Shown one piece after another: positions 62,601-64,000 of a DNA stretch of 64,000 bases (position 1 is the first letter of the stretch; every line of letters begins with the position of its first letter). This DNA comes from a virus. Under the pieces are notes generated by a model. That model saw only the letters and a program-made list of their open reading frames with translations. It did no database searches and was not told where the DNA came from. The translations under genes were made by a program, and so were the position numbers. The stretch is from IMG/VR virus record IMGVR_UViG_3300028597_000007; one strand, given 5' to 3'.

Positions 62601-63260
62601 ATGCGCTTTAAACTACACCTGAACTCTGCGTTCAAATACTGCACCATTCCATTGAGTCAACTGCACACTCTTAAAACAGAGCTTGGTCTCTGCTTTAACC
62701 TACCCACTGATTACCTGGATGACAACATTCTGTGGGAGATCAAAGAAGGGCGCCTGGGCGGTGAGCCTCAGGACCTATTCGATGAAAAGAACACGTCATC
62801 TCTGGGCAAACGTGGCGTGTCTCCAATTGTCACGGCGTTCTTGAGCGATGCCATGACTCGACAACTAGCATCCGTTTGGGACAACATGAGTCCTCTGCTC
62901 ATGTTAGATTCTGGCCCCCGTAGCATGCGCTGGCAAGTCATCTTGGTCCCAGACGCTTTGGAGACCATCCACGAGTATCCGTTCATGGATGTTCGTGGCT
63001 ATCTGCGGGTCATTGGCAAGCACCCGCTCAGCCTGCGCGACGCGATGGTCGAGATCGCTAGCTACGAAGAGACCCCACCAAGCAATCCCACAGTGCTTGT
63101 GAAAGACGAGATCTCGGTGGGGGCAGTGCCACAGACCGATAGGTTTGTCCATCAAGTCTCGCGTCAGCGTGTTGAACGAACTGAACTGATTCCGAACATC
63201 CTGTGGCGACACAAGCCGGAACTGGACAAGCTCTATCGAGAGTACCGCGCCAGCAAGTAA
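62601..63260 (+). CDS. hypothetical protein (219 aa)
   Basis: GAGGA SD; single-gene unit between two hairpins. Confidence 0.7.
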   Translation: MRFKLHLNSAFKYCTIPLSQLHTLKTELGLCFNLPTDYLDDNILWEIKEGRLGGEPQDLFDEKNTSSLGKRGVSPIVTAFLSDAMTRQLASVWDNMSPLLMLDSGPRSMRWQVILVPDALETIHEYPFMDVRGYLRVIGKHPLSLRDAMVEIASYEETPPSNPTVLVKDEISVGAVPQTDRFVHQVSRQRVERTELIPNILWRHKPELDKLYREYRASK

Positions 63261-63261
63261 C

Positions 63262-63306
63262 GCATAAGCTCCCCGGCTCCTTTCGGGGCCGGGGAGTATG
63301 ACGTCA
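63262..63306. terminator. bidirectional hairpin with GCATA/TATGA flanks (element 12)
   Basis: CTCCCCGGCTCC-TTTC-GGGGCCGGGGAG (63269-63296) between convergent genes. Confidence 0.85.
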
Positions 63307-64000
63307 TTGGATCAGGACGTTACCTGGTTGCAGACCCTGCGCCAGCATGCCGTTCAACTTGATCAAGCATTCAGCGCGAGTGATCGCACCGTCCTTGTTC
63401 ACGTCGAGGCCGCTGTTCTGACGGTAGGTGGTTGGACGTGACTTGCTGTCCCACAGAACGTAGGTGTCAGGTTTACCAATGGCGACCGGATACAAGATGC
63501 TCATGTAAAGGTCGCCCAGATTTTTCAGGCGACCTTTGTACGGACGGAAGTAGCGTTCGACATAATCGAGCTGCTCCAATGCTGACATGGCAGCCAGACG
63601 CCTACAGGCTTCAAGACCAGCTGCCTTCTTCTGTTCAGCCGACATCTTGGCAATCTCGGCATCAGTGTTGAAGTAGACGATGGCGGTGGCAGGCATGAAC
63701 TGAATCAGGCCAGTGGCGCCGCTGCCTGCTTTGTTCACAACCGATGGAGAGAAGGTGCCACCCGACTCCCAGGCGATGCAGGTCATGAGGTCGCTTGGAC
63801 CGGTCAGATCAGGCATGCCTAAGTTCTTCACAATGGACTTGACCTTCGCCACGAATTCAGGGCTAACTTTAGCGCCCCATGCAATTTGCATCTTTGTCTC
63901 CTTTGCGCTGAGCGCAGCTTCTAAAGCGGCACGGGAACCATTTCCCCATTTGCCATCTACGTCGAGTTTGTAGAAGCCCTCGTCTTTAAGGACTTGTTGC
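63304..64000 (-). CDS. modular endolysin (peptidoglycan-binding domain plus lysozyme-like/lytic transglycosylase domain), 5' truncated by the window end
   Basis: The frame is open to the window end: QQVLKDEGFYKLDVDGKWGNGSRAAL is a PG_binding_1 motif, followed by catalytic IAWESGGTF...GATGLIQFMPATA. Confidence 0.85.
   Translation of the reverse strand, partial: QQVLKDEGFYKLDVDGKWGNGSRAALEAALSAKETKMQIAWGAKVSPEFVAKVKSIVKNLGMPDLTGPSDLMTCIAWESGGTFSPSVVNKAGSGATGLIQFMPATAIVYFNTDAEIAKMSAEQKKAAGLEACRRLAAMSALEQLDYVERYFRPYKGRLKNLGDLYMSILYPVAIGKPDTYVLWDSKSRPTTYRQNSGLDVNKDGAITRAECLIKLNGMLAQGLQPGNVLIQ

Noticed and set aside
795-63306. Hairpin family as a CRISPR array, REP/MITE or mobile element
   Set aside because: Copies are dispersed singly at gene ends, stems differ in sequence, and there are no spacers, target-site duplications or transposase.
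1-64000. tRNA, rRNA, diversity-generating retroelement or invertible tail-fibre cassette
   Set aside because: No cloverleaf-compatible intergenic sequence, reverse transcriptase, invertase or flanking inverted repeats were seen by eye. tRNAscan-SE and an inverted-repeat search would confirm.

Overview
This window is a 64 kb segment of a phiKZ-like jumbo myophage (Chimalliviridae-type, nucleus-forming lineage). It is GC-rich and strongly biased to C/G at third codon positions; the host is not determinable from the sequence. Gene order is broadly syntenic with the phiKZ gp79-gp144 region. In order, it carries a virion RNA polymerase beta' fragment, the exonuclease/motif-A half of a split family B DNA polymerase, a head/ejection protein cluster with S/A/G-X-E-type maturation sites, baseplate/neck genes, a small accessory island with a nucleotidyltransferase, a DnaB helicase, the major capsid protein, a non-virion RNAP beta fragment, a portal, a RuvC-like resolvase, an overlapping spanin pair plus holin candidate, tail fibre/adhesin genes and a modular endolysin cut by the window end. 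The phiKZ gp correspondences are recalled from family knowledge and synteny, not from a database search. Three observations stand out. (1) A P2/lambda-style -1 slippery site (T TTT TTC, 6056-6062) would fuse a 542-aa CxxC protein to a downstream ORF with no good start. This G/GT-like pair is flanked by XRE-HTH and AlpA-like regulators. (2) Twelve gene-end hairpins are followed by TATG(CCG) instead of a U-tract, on both strands at convergent junctions. (3) A perfect internal ribosome-binding site could yield a catalytic-domain-only endolysin. No tRNA, rRNA, CRISPR array, integrase, transposase, intron or intein was seen.
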